DNA of 64,000 nucleotides, from the NCBI GenBank assembly GCA_036401335.1, contig DASWVC010000033.1, forward strand, positions 291 to 64,290, written 5' to 3'. The position numbers and the translations under genes are program-made. The notes below the pieces were generated by a model. It did no database searches. It was not told where the DNA came from and saw only the letters and a list, made by a program, of their open reading frames with translations. Positions within the stretch are counted from its first letter, which is position 1, and each line of letters begins with the position of its first letter. This DNA comes from Chthoniobacterales bacterium. GTDB taxonomy: Bacteria; Verrucomicrobiota; Verrucomicrobiia; Chthoniobacterales; JAFAMB01. This document shows, piece by piece, positions 18,118 through 27,528 of the stretch.

Positions 18118-21100
18118 ATGTACCTGAAATCGTTAGAGCTTCTGGGCTTCAAGTCGTTTGCCCATAAGACCACTTTGAACTTGCACCCCGGAGTTACGGC
18201 GATCGTCGGGCCGAACGGCTGCGGCAAAAGCAACGTGCTTGACGCGATCCGCTGGGTTTTGGGCGAGCAATCCGCAAAAGCGCTGCGGGGTGGAGAAATG
18301 GCCGACGTGATCTTTAGCGGGACCGACAGCAAACAGGGAGTTGGTCTAGCGGAAGTGTCCCTGACGTTTGCCGACTGCGAGAAGGAACTCGGGGTGGATT
18401 ACCACGAAGTCTGCATTACCCGCCGGGTTTACCGGGATGGCGGCTCCGATTACCTGCTTAACCGCACGCCATGCCGGCTTAAAGACATTCAGATGCTGTT
18501 TATGGACACCGGCATTGGCCGGTCGGCCTACTCGATCATGGAGCAGGGCCGCATTGATCAGATTTTAAGCTCCCGGCCGGAAGACCGCCGGGCCATTTTC
18601 GAGGAGGCGGCCGGGATCACGAAGTACAAAGCGCAGAGGAAGGAGGCATTGCGGAAACTGGAGTACACGGATGCCAACCTGATCCGGCTTGCGGACATCA
18701 TGAAGGAGGTCAAGCGCCAGATCGCGTCGCTGCAGCGCCAGGCGGGCAAAGCCCGACGCTACCAGGCGCTGCTTGAGGAACTGCGGGTGCTGGACCTGCA
18801 CTTAAGCCGGCGGGCTGAGGAGGGCCTCTCGCTCGCGATCGCCGAGACCGAACAGGAGGCCGCTCGCTGCCGTGCCAATCAACATTCAGTGGGGAAAAGT
18901 GTGGACTCCGAGGAATCCGGCCTGTCGAAACGGCGCCAGGAACTGGAAACCCTGGAGGCGCGCACGCTGGAGGCCTGGCAGCGCGTCCAGGACCTGAAAG
19001 GTCAGGCCGATGCCGTGGCGGGGCGCATCGGATTCAATGAAGAGCGCATCCGCGAGGCGGAACACCTCGCCAGGCGTGCGGAAGCGGAGGTCGCGGCGGC
19101 CGAAGAAAAGCTTCAGATTCAGCGGCGCCAACTCGACGACACGGACCATCAACTCGTCGAGGTTTCTGGCACTCTAAAGGCGGAGGAACAACAGCTCCTG
19201 CTCCAGCAAAAGGAGGTGAATGACCTTCGTGGCCGGCGGTTGGAGCGAGAGAAGTCGACGCTCGAATTCCAGCGGCAGGTGCAACAAAAAGAAAGCCGGG
19301 TTGCGACGCTGCGGGGCGATCTCGCCAGCACGGTGGGCCAGCGTGAGGCGGGCGAGACACGTCTGGGGTTGCTGGGGCAGGAACTGGATCAATCAGTTGC
19401 GGCGCGGGACCGCCTTGTCGCCCAGGCAGCGGAAACGCGCACCCGGCTGGAGGAGGCGCAGGCGCACGCGCAACACTGCCGGAACGGGTTGAAGGATGCG
19501 GAACACGGGTTGCTTCAGGTCCAGAAAGAATTGCAGGCATCCGAACGGGAGGTCGTGGCAGCCCAACGCAACCTGACCGAGCGCGAATCCAAACTGGAAG
19601 TGCTCCGCCAGCTGAATGAAGAAGGGGCCGGCCTGGGAACCGGCACCCAAGCGGTACTGAAAGGACTCGACAACCCTCAGCTTTACCGGAACGCACTGAT
19701 CGGCGCCGTCGCAAATTTCCTGGAAGTACCGAGCGATCTGATCCCGGCCGTCGAAGCGGCGTTGGGGCAGCATCTCCAGGCCATCCTCGTCGCCGACCCG
19801 ACCGTCGCCGAGGCGATGGCGAAAAGCTTAACCCGAGGAAGGTACGGCCGGGCCTCCATCCTGCCGGCCAACTTTCTCCGCCAACCCGGGTCGGTGCAGG
19901 GTCAGATGCTGCCGGAAGGAAGCCTCGGTTGGTTGCTCGACCGGATCAAGGTGCAACCTCAGGTCGCGTCGCTTCTCAATCGGCTCCTCGCACCGGTAGC
20001 CCTTGCAGCAGACCTGGCAACCGCCTTCCGGATCAAGCGTACCTCGCCGGACCTTGCCGTGGTCACCTTGGACGGGGAGTTGATCACAGAGGCCGGCATG
20101 GTGTCAGCCGGCCAGGTCGGGGAAGGCCAGTCTTCCATTTTTCGGCGAAAGGTCCAGATGCGCGCGCTCACGTCTGAATGCGCCGGCTTGACCGCGGCAA
20201 TCGCGGAATGCCGGGCCAGGCGCGAGCACCTTGCGGCGCAATCTGAATCCGCGGCGACCCAGGTTGCCAAGGCCAGGGACGAGGCCCAGAGCGCAGAGGT
20301 CGCTGCTTCGAGTCTTCAAGGCACGCTTTCCTTGCTGGATCGCGAACTTCGCGAATCCGAGGGCAAGGTGAAAAGTTTGTCGTGGGAAAAGAACACCACC
20401 CAACAACGCCTGGAAACCGCGGCGGCTCGCGTTTCCGTGGTGGAGCAGGAATTACGCGCACACCTGGAGCAAGTGACGGCTTTCCAAGAACACGTGACCA
20501 CATTGGCGCGCGAAGTTGAGCTGTTGCGCTCCGATGAGGATGCCCTGGCTGAGGTCCTCAACGCGTTAAAAGTCCGCGTCGCCACGGAACGGCAGCGAAA
20601 AGAGAACCTCGAACGGCAGCGCCAACCCCTGGCGTTGCGGGTGGGGGAATTGAGCGAGGTGATCCGGCAACGCGGGCAGGATTTGGCCGGTTACCGTCAC
20701 CGGAGCGGTCACCTCCGGGAAGAAAACGACCGGCTGAGGGAGCAGTCCGTGGAACGTGATTGCCTTCAAAAAGAAGCGGCGGCCAACGTGGCCAGGTTGC
20801 AGGCGGAACGGGCCGAGCGCCTCGGTGCGGTTGATACGGTGGAGCAAACGCTTCGGCAACTGCGCAAAGAATGGTCTGAGTGGCAGGAGCGCCGGTCTCA
20901 GGAAGAATTGAAGCAGACCCAACTGGGCCTTCGGCTGGAACGGGTGCGGGAACACGTAGCGCACCGTTACCAACTGGACCTCACCGCGTTCGAGCCGGAT
21001 TGGCCGGCGTTTCGGACGGCAATCCAGGAGCAGCGGGACCGGCTGTCAGCCCCGTCCGGGCAGCCCGCCGCTGAAGATCCCGTCGATTGGGACTTCGTTC

Positions 21101-21792
21101 AGCAAGCCGTGGCGGAAATGACGGAGCGCCTCGATGCCATGGGCCCGGTGAACCTCGAATCCATTCAGGAATACGATGAGCTTGAGGAACGACAACGGTT
21201 TTTGGACGAGCAGCACGAAGATTTGATCAAGTCCAAAGCCGAGCTCCTTAAGGTAATCAGCAAGATCAACGAAACCACCACCGCGCTTTTCGCCGAGACG
21301 TTTGCGCAGGTGCGACGGAACTTTGAAGGAATGTTTGTCGAACTTTTCGGTGGCGGCAAAGCCAACCTGCTTTTGGTCGACGATGCAGACCCGTTGGAAA
21401 GCGGCATCGAAATCATCGCCAAACCGCCGGGGAAACAACTGCAGTCCATCTCCCTGCTGTCGGGTGGTGAGAAGACGATGACGGCGGTAGCGCTGCTGTT
21501 CTCCATCTATATGGTTAAACCGAGTCCGTTTTGCGTCCTGGACGAGATGGACGCGCCTTTGGACGAATCCAACATCGACCGGTTCATCAGGATTTTGGAG
21601 CGATTTGTCGCGCAGAGTCAGTTCGTTGTCATCACCCATAACAAACGCACCATCGCCAAGGCGGACGTGCTGTACGGGGTCACGATGGAAGAGCATGGCA
21701 TTAGCAAGCTCGTCGGCGTGCGCCTGACCAGGCGTGACGGTGCCCGAGGGCAGGAGGAACCTGCCGACGAGAGAACGGCCGTGACTGCGTGA
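18118..21792 (+). CDS. smc: Chromosome segregation protein SMC
   Basis: Begins MYLKSLELLGFKSF. Walker A GPNGCGKSN, long coiled coils and hinge, signature LSGGEKT, Walker B FCVLDEMDAPLD. Confidence 0.95.
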   Translation: MYLKSLELLGFKSFAHKTTLNLHPGVTAIVGPNGCGKSNVLDAIRWVLGEQSAKALRGGEMADVIFSGTDSKQGVGLAEVSLTFADCEKELGVDYHEVCITRRVYRDGGSDYLLNRTPCRLKDIQMLFMDTGIGRSAYSIMEQGRIDQILSSRPEDRRAIFEEAAGITKYKAQRKEALRKLEYTDANLIRLADIMKEVKRQIASLQRQAGKARRYQALLEELRVLDLHLSRRAEEGLSLAIAETEQEAARCRANQHSVGKSVDSEESGLSKRRQELETLEARTLEAWQRVQDLKGQADAVAGRIGFNEERIREAEHLARRAEAEVAAAEEKLQIQRRQLDDTDHQLVEVSGTLKAEEQQLLLQQKEVNDLRGRRLEREKSTLEFQRQVQQKESRVATLRGDLASTVGQREAGETRLGLLGQELDQSVAARDRLVAQAAETRTRLEEAQAHAQHCRNGLKDAEHGLLQVQKELQASEREVVAAQRNLTERESKLEVLRQLNEEGAGLGTGTQAVLKGLDNPQLYRNALIGAVANFLEVPSDLIPAVEAALGQHLQAILVADPTVAEAMAKSLTRGRYGRASILPANFLRQPGSVQGQMLPEGSLGWLLDRIKVQPQVASLLNRLLAPVALAADLATAFRIKRTSPDLAVVTLDGELITEAGMVSAGQVGEGQSSIFRRKVQMRALTSECAGLTAAIAECRARREHLAAQSESAATQVAKARDEAQSAEVAASSLQGTLSLLDRELRESEGKVKSLSWEKNTTQQRLETAAARVSVVEQELRAHLEQVTAFQEHVTTLAREVELLRSDEDALAEVLNALKVRVATERQRKENLERQRQPLALRVGELSEVIRQRGQDLAGYRHRSGHLREENDRLREQSVERDCLQKEAAANVARLQAERAERLGAVDTVEQTLRQLRKEWSEWQERRSQEELKQTQLGLRLERVREHVAHRYQLDLTAFEPDWPAFRTAIQEQRDRLSAPSGQPAAEDPVDWDFVQQAVAEMTERLDAMGPVNLESIQEYDELEERQRFLDEQHEDLIKSKAELLKVISKINETTTALFAETFAQVRRNFEGMFVELFGGGKANLLLVDDADPLESGIEIIAKPPGKQLQSISLLSGGEKTMTAVALLFSIYMVKPSPFCVLDEMDAPLDESNIDRFIRILERFVAQSQFVVITHNKRTIAKADVLYGVTMEEHGISKLVGVRLTRRDGARGQEEPADERTAVTA

Positions 21793-21838
21793 CCGATGAA
21801 AACCGTGAGTCTTTCCTGAAGGGCCCACGCCGATGCTT

Positions 21839-23641
21839 TTACACCCCAACCGGCCCAGAGGGAACCGCCTGAGGGGTGTCCACCCACCGGCCGTGCTCGC
21901 GAATCAGGTCCACCAGCCGGCTGACCGCGTCCCCCTCAGGGATATTGAACTTCACCGGCTGCTTTCCGACGTACAGGTTTACTTTCCCGGGCGCTCCCCC
22001 CACATACCCGAAATCGGCATCCGCCATTTCGCCGGGGCCGTTCACGATGCACCCCATGATCGCGATTTTGACTCCCTTCAAATGGCTGGTTGCCCCTTTG
22101 ATCCGAGCGGTCGTCGATTGCAGGTCAAACAACGTACGCCCACAAGACGGGCATGCCACGTAATCGGTTTTGAAAATCCGGGCCCCAGCGGCTTGCAGGA
22201 TGTTGTAGGCCAGCCGCAAGGATTGGCCGGGGGCGGCTTCGCCTTGGATCAACACCGCATCTCCAATTCCATCGCAGATCAACGCCCCGATGGACGCGGC
22301 CGCTTCCAAGAGAGCGTCAGCAAACGGTTTGTCAGAAGAGGATGAAGGCGTCAGGCTGTCCTTCAATAACACCGGATGGCGGGGCTGCACGTGCAACGCG
22401 AGCATTCTGAACGCCGCGATCACCGGCAGGTCGAGGCCGTCTTTGACGGTCACCAGCACCGGGCTTTGCCGGCCGTTTACCGCTTCGATCTCCGCCCCGT
22501 TTCGTGGATCCAACGCCACAACTTCATTCTGTTCAAGAACGACCTCCGGCTGGAAATCGCCCATGCGATCAAGCTTGTGGGCAACCTGGTCGAACGTGCG
22601 TTGGTGAACCGCGACCCGGATCAACTCTTCGCCCCCGAGTGCGACACCCGGTAGCGCAACGACAAGTCGACTGGCCCGTCGGCTGAAAGCGAATGGATCG
22701 TAAGCCAAGCGTGCACCTTGGTTGATCTTCAGGGTCGGGTCGGAGTCTGCGCGGGCGTACTTTGCCACCAGTGCTTTAGCCACCGGGATCTCGTAAACGC
22801 TGTCCTCCGTCAACGAGACCCGGATGGTGTCGCCGAGGCCGTCCGCGAGCAACGAACCGATCCCGATGGCGCTCTTGATCCGGCCGTCTTCGCCATCACC
22901 CGCCTCTGTTACCCCGAGGTGCAGCGGGTAGTTCCAATCGACTCCTTCGTGGTAAAGTCGGGCTACGAGCAGCCGGTAAGCCGAAATCATGACTTTCGGG
23001 TTGCTGGCTTTCATGGAAAAAATGAAATCGTGGAAGTCAAGGTCACGGGCAATCCGGGCAAATTCCAGGGCACTCTCCACCATCCCGAGCGGCGTATCGC
23101 CGTAACGGTTCATGATGCGATCGCTCAAAGAGCCATGGTTGGTGCCGATGCGCATGCTCACGCCGCGTTCCCGGCAAAGCTTTACCAGGGGGGTAAAACG
23201 GTCCCGGATTCGCCCCAGTTCGGCCTGGTATTGCTCGTCTGAATACTCTTTCACGGCGAACTTCTTAGAGTCCGCATAATTTCCTGGGTTGATCCGAACT
23301 TTCTCGACCCAGCGGGCTGCTTCCAGGGCGGCGTCCGGTTTGAAATGGATGTCCGCAACGATCGGCACCTCGCAGCCGTGTTCCCGTAACCCGATCTTGA
23401 TGGCCTGGAGGTTCTGCGCATCCCGCACCGTTGGCGCCGTGATCCGGACAATCTCGCAACCAGCCGCGACCAGGGCAAGGGTTTGCTGGATGCAGGCCTG
23501 CGTGTCCATCGTGTCGCAGGTGATCATCGATTGCACCCGGACGGGGTTGTTGCCACCAACGCCTACATGACCGACCTGCACCACCCGCGTTAGCCGCCGC
23601 TGAGGCAGGTAGGGGTCGGGGCAATAGAAAAGCTCATTCAT
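21839..23641 (-). CDS. ispG: 4-hydroxy-3-methylbut-2-enyl diphosphate synthase, long form with insert domain
   Basis: 600 aa with a GcpE N-domain and a large central insertion. C-terminal Fe-S ligands lie in ACPSCGRT and GCIVNGPGE. Confidence 0.95.
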   Translation of the reverse strand: MNELFYCPDPYLPQRRLTRVVQVGHVGVGGNNPVRVQSMITCDTMDTQACIQQTLALVAAGCEIVRITAPTVRDAQNLQAIKIGLREHGCEVPIVADIHFKPDAALEAARWVEKVRINPGNYADSKKFAVKEYSDEQYQAELGRIRDRFTPLVKLCRERGVSMRIGTNHGSLSDRIMNRYGDTPLGMVESALEFARIARDLDFHDFIFSMKASNPKVMISAYRLLVARLYHEGVDWNYPLHLGVTEAGDGEDGRIKSAIGIGSLLADGLGDTIRVSLTEDSVYEIPVAKALVAKYARADSDPTLKINQGARLAYDPFAFSRRASRLVVALPGVALGGEELIRVAVHQRTFDQVAHKLDRMGDFQPEVVLEQNEVVALDPRNGAEIEAVNGRQSPVLVTVKDGLDLPVIAAFRMLALHVQPRHPVLLKDSLTPSSSSDKPFADALLEAAASIGALICDGIGDAVLIQGEAAPGQSLRLAYNILQAAGARIFKTDYVACPSCGRTLFDLQSTTARIKGATSHLKGVKIAIMGCIVNGPGEMADADFGYVGGAPGKVNLYVGKQPVKFNIPEGDAVSRLVDLIREHGRWVDTPQAVPSGPVGV

Positions 23642-23659
23642 TGCTTCAAAACGCGCCGT

Positions 23660-25312
23660 TTACCGGTTCCCGGGCGGCGCAGGCTTTGCCGGCACACTGA
23701 AATGCGGCTTCTGGTTGTTGCTCCACGGAAGATCCTGAACGTCGTAAAACGACACGTAGAGCATGAACCCGATCAGAAAAATCGCGCAAGCTCCCTGCAG
23801 CGCTTCCAACACCCGTAAATTGATGGGGCGGCGGCGAACCGATTCTACGAGCGCAAGGAGGATGTGTCCTCCATCAAGCACAGGGATTGGCAGAAGGTTA
23901 ATAATGGCAAGGTTGATGTTGAAGACTACGCTGAACCATAGAGCCAGCTGCCAGCCGACATCACTTTGGAAGAGCAGGTAATAGGTTCGCATGATCATTA
24001 CCGGCCCACTCATGTGTTGCAGCTTGATGTCCGACTGCGGGGACATCAGTGCGCCTATGGTGTTGGTCAAGGTCTGCATAGCCGCTGAGATTTGCTCCAA
24101 CGGGGGGATGTGTGCGACCGTCATGCGGCCTCCGGCATCCCAGGCGATGCCGCCGTTCGACTCCGCGCTGAACTCCACGCCGATGATGGGTTTAGTCCGG
24201 CCATCCGGGGTCGCCGGCAGCACCCGCACCACCCTGGGTGACTCCCGGCCGGACGCAACCTGCAGCGAAAAGGGTTCACTCGGCTTTTCTTCGATGAACC
24301 GCACGACTTCGGCCGGATCGTAAATCGGCAAATTGTTCAACGCCAGGACACGGTCCCCCGCACGGATGCCGGCCACTTCGGCCGGGCCGTTTCTAATCAC
24401 GGAGGCGATGACAGGCCGGCTCGGTTCCATTCGCAACTGCAGCGGCCGTCCGTCCCGCAGTACCGTCAGCGTAAGCTCTTTACCTGGAGCTTTCTGCGCC
24501 CATTCAAAAATCTGCTGAGGGTAATAAAGTTTAATCCCGTCCACTGCCACGATCTCGTCGTTTGGTTGCAACCCCGCCCGCGCAGCCGGGGAGCCGTCCG
24601 TAACTTTGGCTACAATGGGGGTGATTGCCGGTTGCAACCCGACCTGGCGCAACGACCGGCGTTCCCAACCCTTGGTTTCCGCCCGGGTATAACCCGAATT
24701 AAGGGTCAAGACCTCGTTTCCACGTTGGACTTTGAACGGGATGGTTTCCCCCTCACTCCGGACGATGTACCAGGTGACGCTGTTTACGATTCCGCTGAAA
24801 CGGCTTACGGGATGGCCATCGACCTCAAGGAGCTTGTCCCCAGGAAGAAACCCCGCCTTTGCCGCCGGTTGATCAGGTGCGACGTAACCGACCACCGTTG
24901 TGGCCTCGGCCTCAGCCGTTGGCCTCCCCACCACCCAGACCACGGTCGCAAACGCTAAGGCCAGGAGAAAACTGAAAAGGGGGCCTGCAAACGCTACGAT
25001 GATCTTATCCAACGGCGAGATCGGGGGAAGGCTGGACCGTGCTGCCTCCGGCTTGCCTTCCACGGCATCCATCGGGGCCATTTGCGGCAGCAGCACAAAG
25101 CCCCCGGCCGGAATCCACCCCAGGCTGAATTCTACCCCGTGAAAAGTTCGTTTCAGCAACGGGCGACCGAACCAGATCCCGAACTTTTCTACGTGCAGGC
25201 CCCGCCAGCGGGCAGCCAGAAAGTGACCAAGCTCGTGGACGATGATCAGAAGGTGAAAAATGAGAACAACCTCGAGAACAATCAGTACGACGCGGAGGAT
25301 ATTTTCAAACAT
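23660..25312 (-). CDS. rseP: RIP site-2 metalloprotease RseP (M50) with multiple PDZ domains
   Basis: HELGH zinc motif near the N-terminus, repeated PDZ-like segments, C-terminal NLLPIPVLDGG. Confidence 0.9.
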   Translation of the reverse strand: MFENILRVVLIVLEVVLIFHLLIIVHELGHFLAARWRGLHVEKFGIWFGRPLLKRTFHGVEFSLGWIPAGGFVLLPQMAPMDAVEGKPEAARSSLPPISPLDKIIVAFAGPLFSFLLALAFATVVWVVGRPTAEAEATTVVGYVAPDQPAAKAGFLPGDKLLEVDGHPVSRFSGIVNSVTWYIVRSEGETIPFKVQRGNEVLTLNSGYTRAETKGWERRSLRQVGLQPAITPIVAKVTDGSPAARAGLQPNDEIVAVDGIKLYYPQQIFEWAQKAPGKELTLTVLRDGRPLQLRMEPSRPVIASVIRNGPAEVAGIRAGDRVLALNNLPIYDPAEVVRFIEEKPSEPFSLQVASGRESPRVVRVLPATPDGRTKPIIGVEFSAESNGGIAWDAGGRMTVAHIPPLEQISAAMQTLTNTIGALMSPQSDIKLQHMSGPVMIMRTYYLLFQSDVGWQLALWFSVVFNINLAIINLLPIPVLDGGHILLALVESVRRRPINLRVLEALQGACAIFLIGFMLYVSFYDVQDLPWSNNQKPHFSVPAKPAPPGNR

Positions 25313-25318
25313 GATTTC

Positions 25319-26476
25319 TTAGGCTTTTGCCAGCAAGTCCTGCGCGTACCGACGCGCGGCCAAATCGGCTTCCATTATACCATCCAATGAAGGAGTCGCC
25401 AAGTAGGGCACCCCGTTCATGGCTTGTTCCACGGTCCGCCAGATTGCCGGGAACGAGATCCGGCCGTTCAGAAACGCTTCGACAGCTACCTCGTTGGCCG
25501 CGTTCATCACGGCTGGCAGGGTACCCCCTTTAACGCCGGCGAGCCTGGCCAGGTTAAGGGCCGGGAAATCGTGGTAACGGGGTTCCTCAAACTCCAGGCG
25601 TCCCCATTCAGCGAGGCGCAACGGCTTCAGCTTGTTGGGCACGCGGTCCGGCCAGGTCACCGCGTATTGGATCGGGAAACACATGTCGGAGTGGCTGAGT
25701 TGCGCGAGAATGGAATGGTCAACGAACTCCACCATGGAATGAACAATGCTCTGTGGATGCACGAGCACCTGCAGGCGATCCATCGGCACCCCGAACAACC
25801 AGCGGGCCTCGATCATTTCCAGCCCTTTGTTGAAGAGGGTGGCGGAATCGATGCTGATTTTCGGGCCCATCGACCATGTCGGGTGCTTAAGCGCCTGCGC
25901 GGGCGTGACGCGCTCAAGGTCCGCTGCATTCATCTGCCGAAACGGCCCGCCTGACGCCGTGATGATCAGGTTTGCCACGTGTGCGGCCGGCCGGTTTTCG
26001 AGGCATTGGAAGATGGCGTTGTGTTCGCTGTCAACCGGCAGAATCATTCGGCCCTGCCGGGCGGCTTGGTCCATGACCATTTCGCCCGCCATTACGAGAA
26101 TTTCTTTGCTTGCCACCGCCAGGTCTTTTCCGCTGGCCAACGCGGCCAGCGCCGGTCGCAGCCCTTTCGTGCCGACGATGGCGACCACCACGAGGTCCGC
26201 CTCGGTATGGGTGGCAAGCTGCACCAGGCCCTCCTCGCCCGCATAGATCTCAGGATGGTACGCCAGCAACCCCTTTAGCTTGGGCATTGCCTCGGCCTCA
26301 ACCAGGCAGAGCGCCTCCGGGCGTAGCAAGTTGGCATGTTCCGCCAGTTTTTCCGCGCTGCGATGGGCGGCCATTCCGACCACCTTCATCCGTGCGGGCA
26401 GCGTCTGGGCTACCTGGATCGCACTTGCACCGATGGAACCCGTGGCCCCGAGCAGAATGACGCGGCGCATCCTCAT
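25319..26476 (-). CDS. dxr: 1-deoxy-D-xylulose 5-phosphate reductoisomerase
   Basis: LLGATGSIG NADPH motif, with LPVDSEHNAIFQ and HPTWSMG. Confidence 0.95.
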   Translation of the reverse strand: MRMRRVILLGATGSIGASAIQVAQTLPARMKVVGMAAHRSAEKLAEHANLLRPEALCLVEAEAMPKLKGLLAYHPEIYAGEEGLVQLATHTEADLVVVAIVGTKGLRPALAALASGKDLAVASKEILVMAGEMVMDQAARQGRMILPVDSEHNAIFQCLENRPAAHVANLIITASGGPFRQMNAADLERVTPAQALKHPTWSMGPKISIDSATLFNKGLEMIEARWLFGVPMDRLQVLVHPQSIVHSMVEFVDHSILAQLSHSDMCFPIQYAVTWPDRVPNKLKPLRLAEWGRLEFEEPRYHDFPALNLARLAGVKGGTLPAVMNAANEVAVEAFLNGRISFPAIWRTVEQAMNGVPYLATPSLDGIMEADLAARRYAQDLLAKA

Positions 26477-26504
26477 TTCAAAAGGAGAAGGAATCTCAGG
26501 ATCC

Positions 26505-27368
26505 TCATTTCAGAACGAATCTGAGGTAAAAATACATCAAGGGAGCCGTGAAGAGAATGCTGTCCACCAGGTCGAGGATACCACCGATGCCTGGCAGCAC
26601 GCTGCCCGAATCCTTTACCCCGGTGCTTCGTTTGATCATCGATTCACCCAGGTCGCCGCCCACGGCCGCTACCCCGATGAGAAACCCGAGGGCGGTCCCA
26701 TGCGCAAAATTCAGGTAGTGAAGCTGGTGCGGAAGCAACCAGATCACGAGGTAGCTCCCGAGAATGGAAAACAAAAATGACCCCACAAAACCTTCCCAGG
26801 TCTTGCCGGGGCTGATGTGCGGCGCCATCTGGTGCCGGCCGAACCGGCTGCCGACCAGGTAAGCTCCCATGTCGCTGAATTTGGTCACCACGATCAGGTA
26901 CAACACGTAAAATTGCCCCAGCAGCGAGCCGTCGGGAGCGCGGGGCACGAGGTAAACGATTTTCGTGATGAAATTAAACAGCCAGGCCACATACAACAAT
27001 CCAAAAAGGGTGTAGGCCATTGCTTCCAGGGGCGTGGCTTTCGCCACCGGCCGGAACGTTTGACGCGCAAAGACCCCAATCAAAAAGACCAGCAGCATTG
27101 CCAGTTCAAAGTCGTAAGCCGATTCAATTCCGCGAGCCCGTAAGTAAAGGAAAGTGCCAAGAAAGGAGGCAGCGCCGCTGGTCAACCCAAAAGCTTTGAA
27201 ACACTGCCGCCCGCTCCGCTGGATCATGTTGAAATATTCCCAGAGGCTGATGAACCCCAGCGAGCTGATAAACAGGAGGAAAACGACGTCGTTGCCGGAA
27301 AAGATCACGGCCAGCGCAATCGTCCACATTGCGATCGCGCTTACCAGCCTGCGAAGGAAACGACTCAT
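26505..27368 (-). CDS. cdsA: Phosphatidate cytidylyltransferase
   Basis: Polytopic membrane protein with C-terminal signature GDLGESMIKRSTGVKDSGSVLPGIGGILD. Start at ATG 27368 (MSRFLRRL); alternative at 27419. Confidence 0.86.
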   Translation of the reverse strand: MSRFLRRLVSAIAMWTIALAVIFSGNDVVFLLFISSLGFISLWEYFNMIQRSGRQCFKAFGLTSGAASFLGTFLYLRARGIESAYDFELAMLLVFLIGVFARQTFRPVAKATPLEAMAYTLFGLLYVAWLFNFITKIVYLVPRAPDGSLLGQFYVLYLIVVTKFSDMGAYLVGSRFGRHQMAPHISPGKTWEGFVGSFLFSILGSYLVIWLLPHQLHYLNFAHGTALGFLIGVAAVGGDLGESMIKRSTGVKDSGSVLPGIGGILDLVDSILFTAPLMYFYLRFVLK

Positions 27369-27528
27369 GCGTTTAGGTTCGCCGACCCTGCCATACTCAA
27401 TCCAGTAATCAATGAACATCGACGGGCCGACTTCCCCGGGGGGCGCCGGCCCGCGCTCCGCGACAGGACCGGCATCGGGTCACATTCATCGGCAAAACGT
27501 GCCGGCGCTTTAGCACATGGTTCTCCCG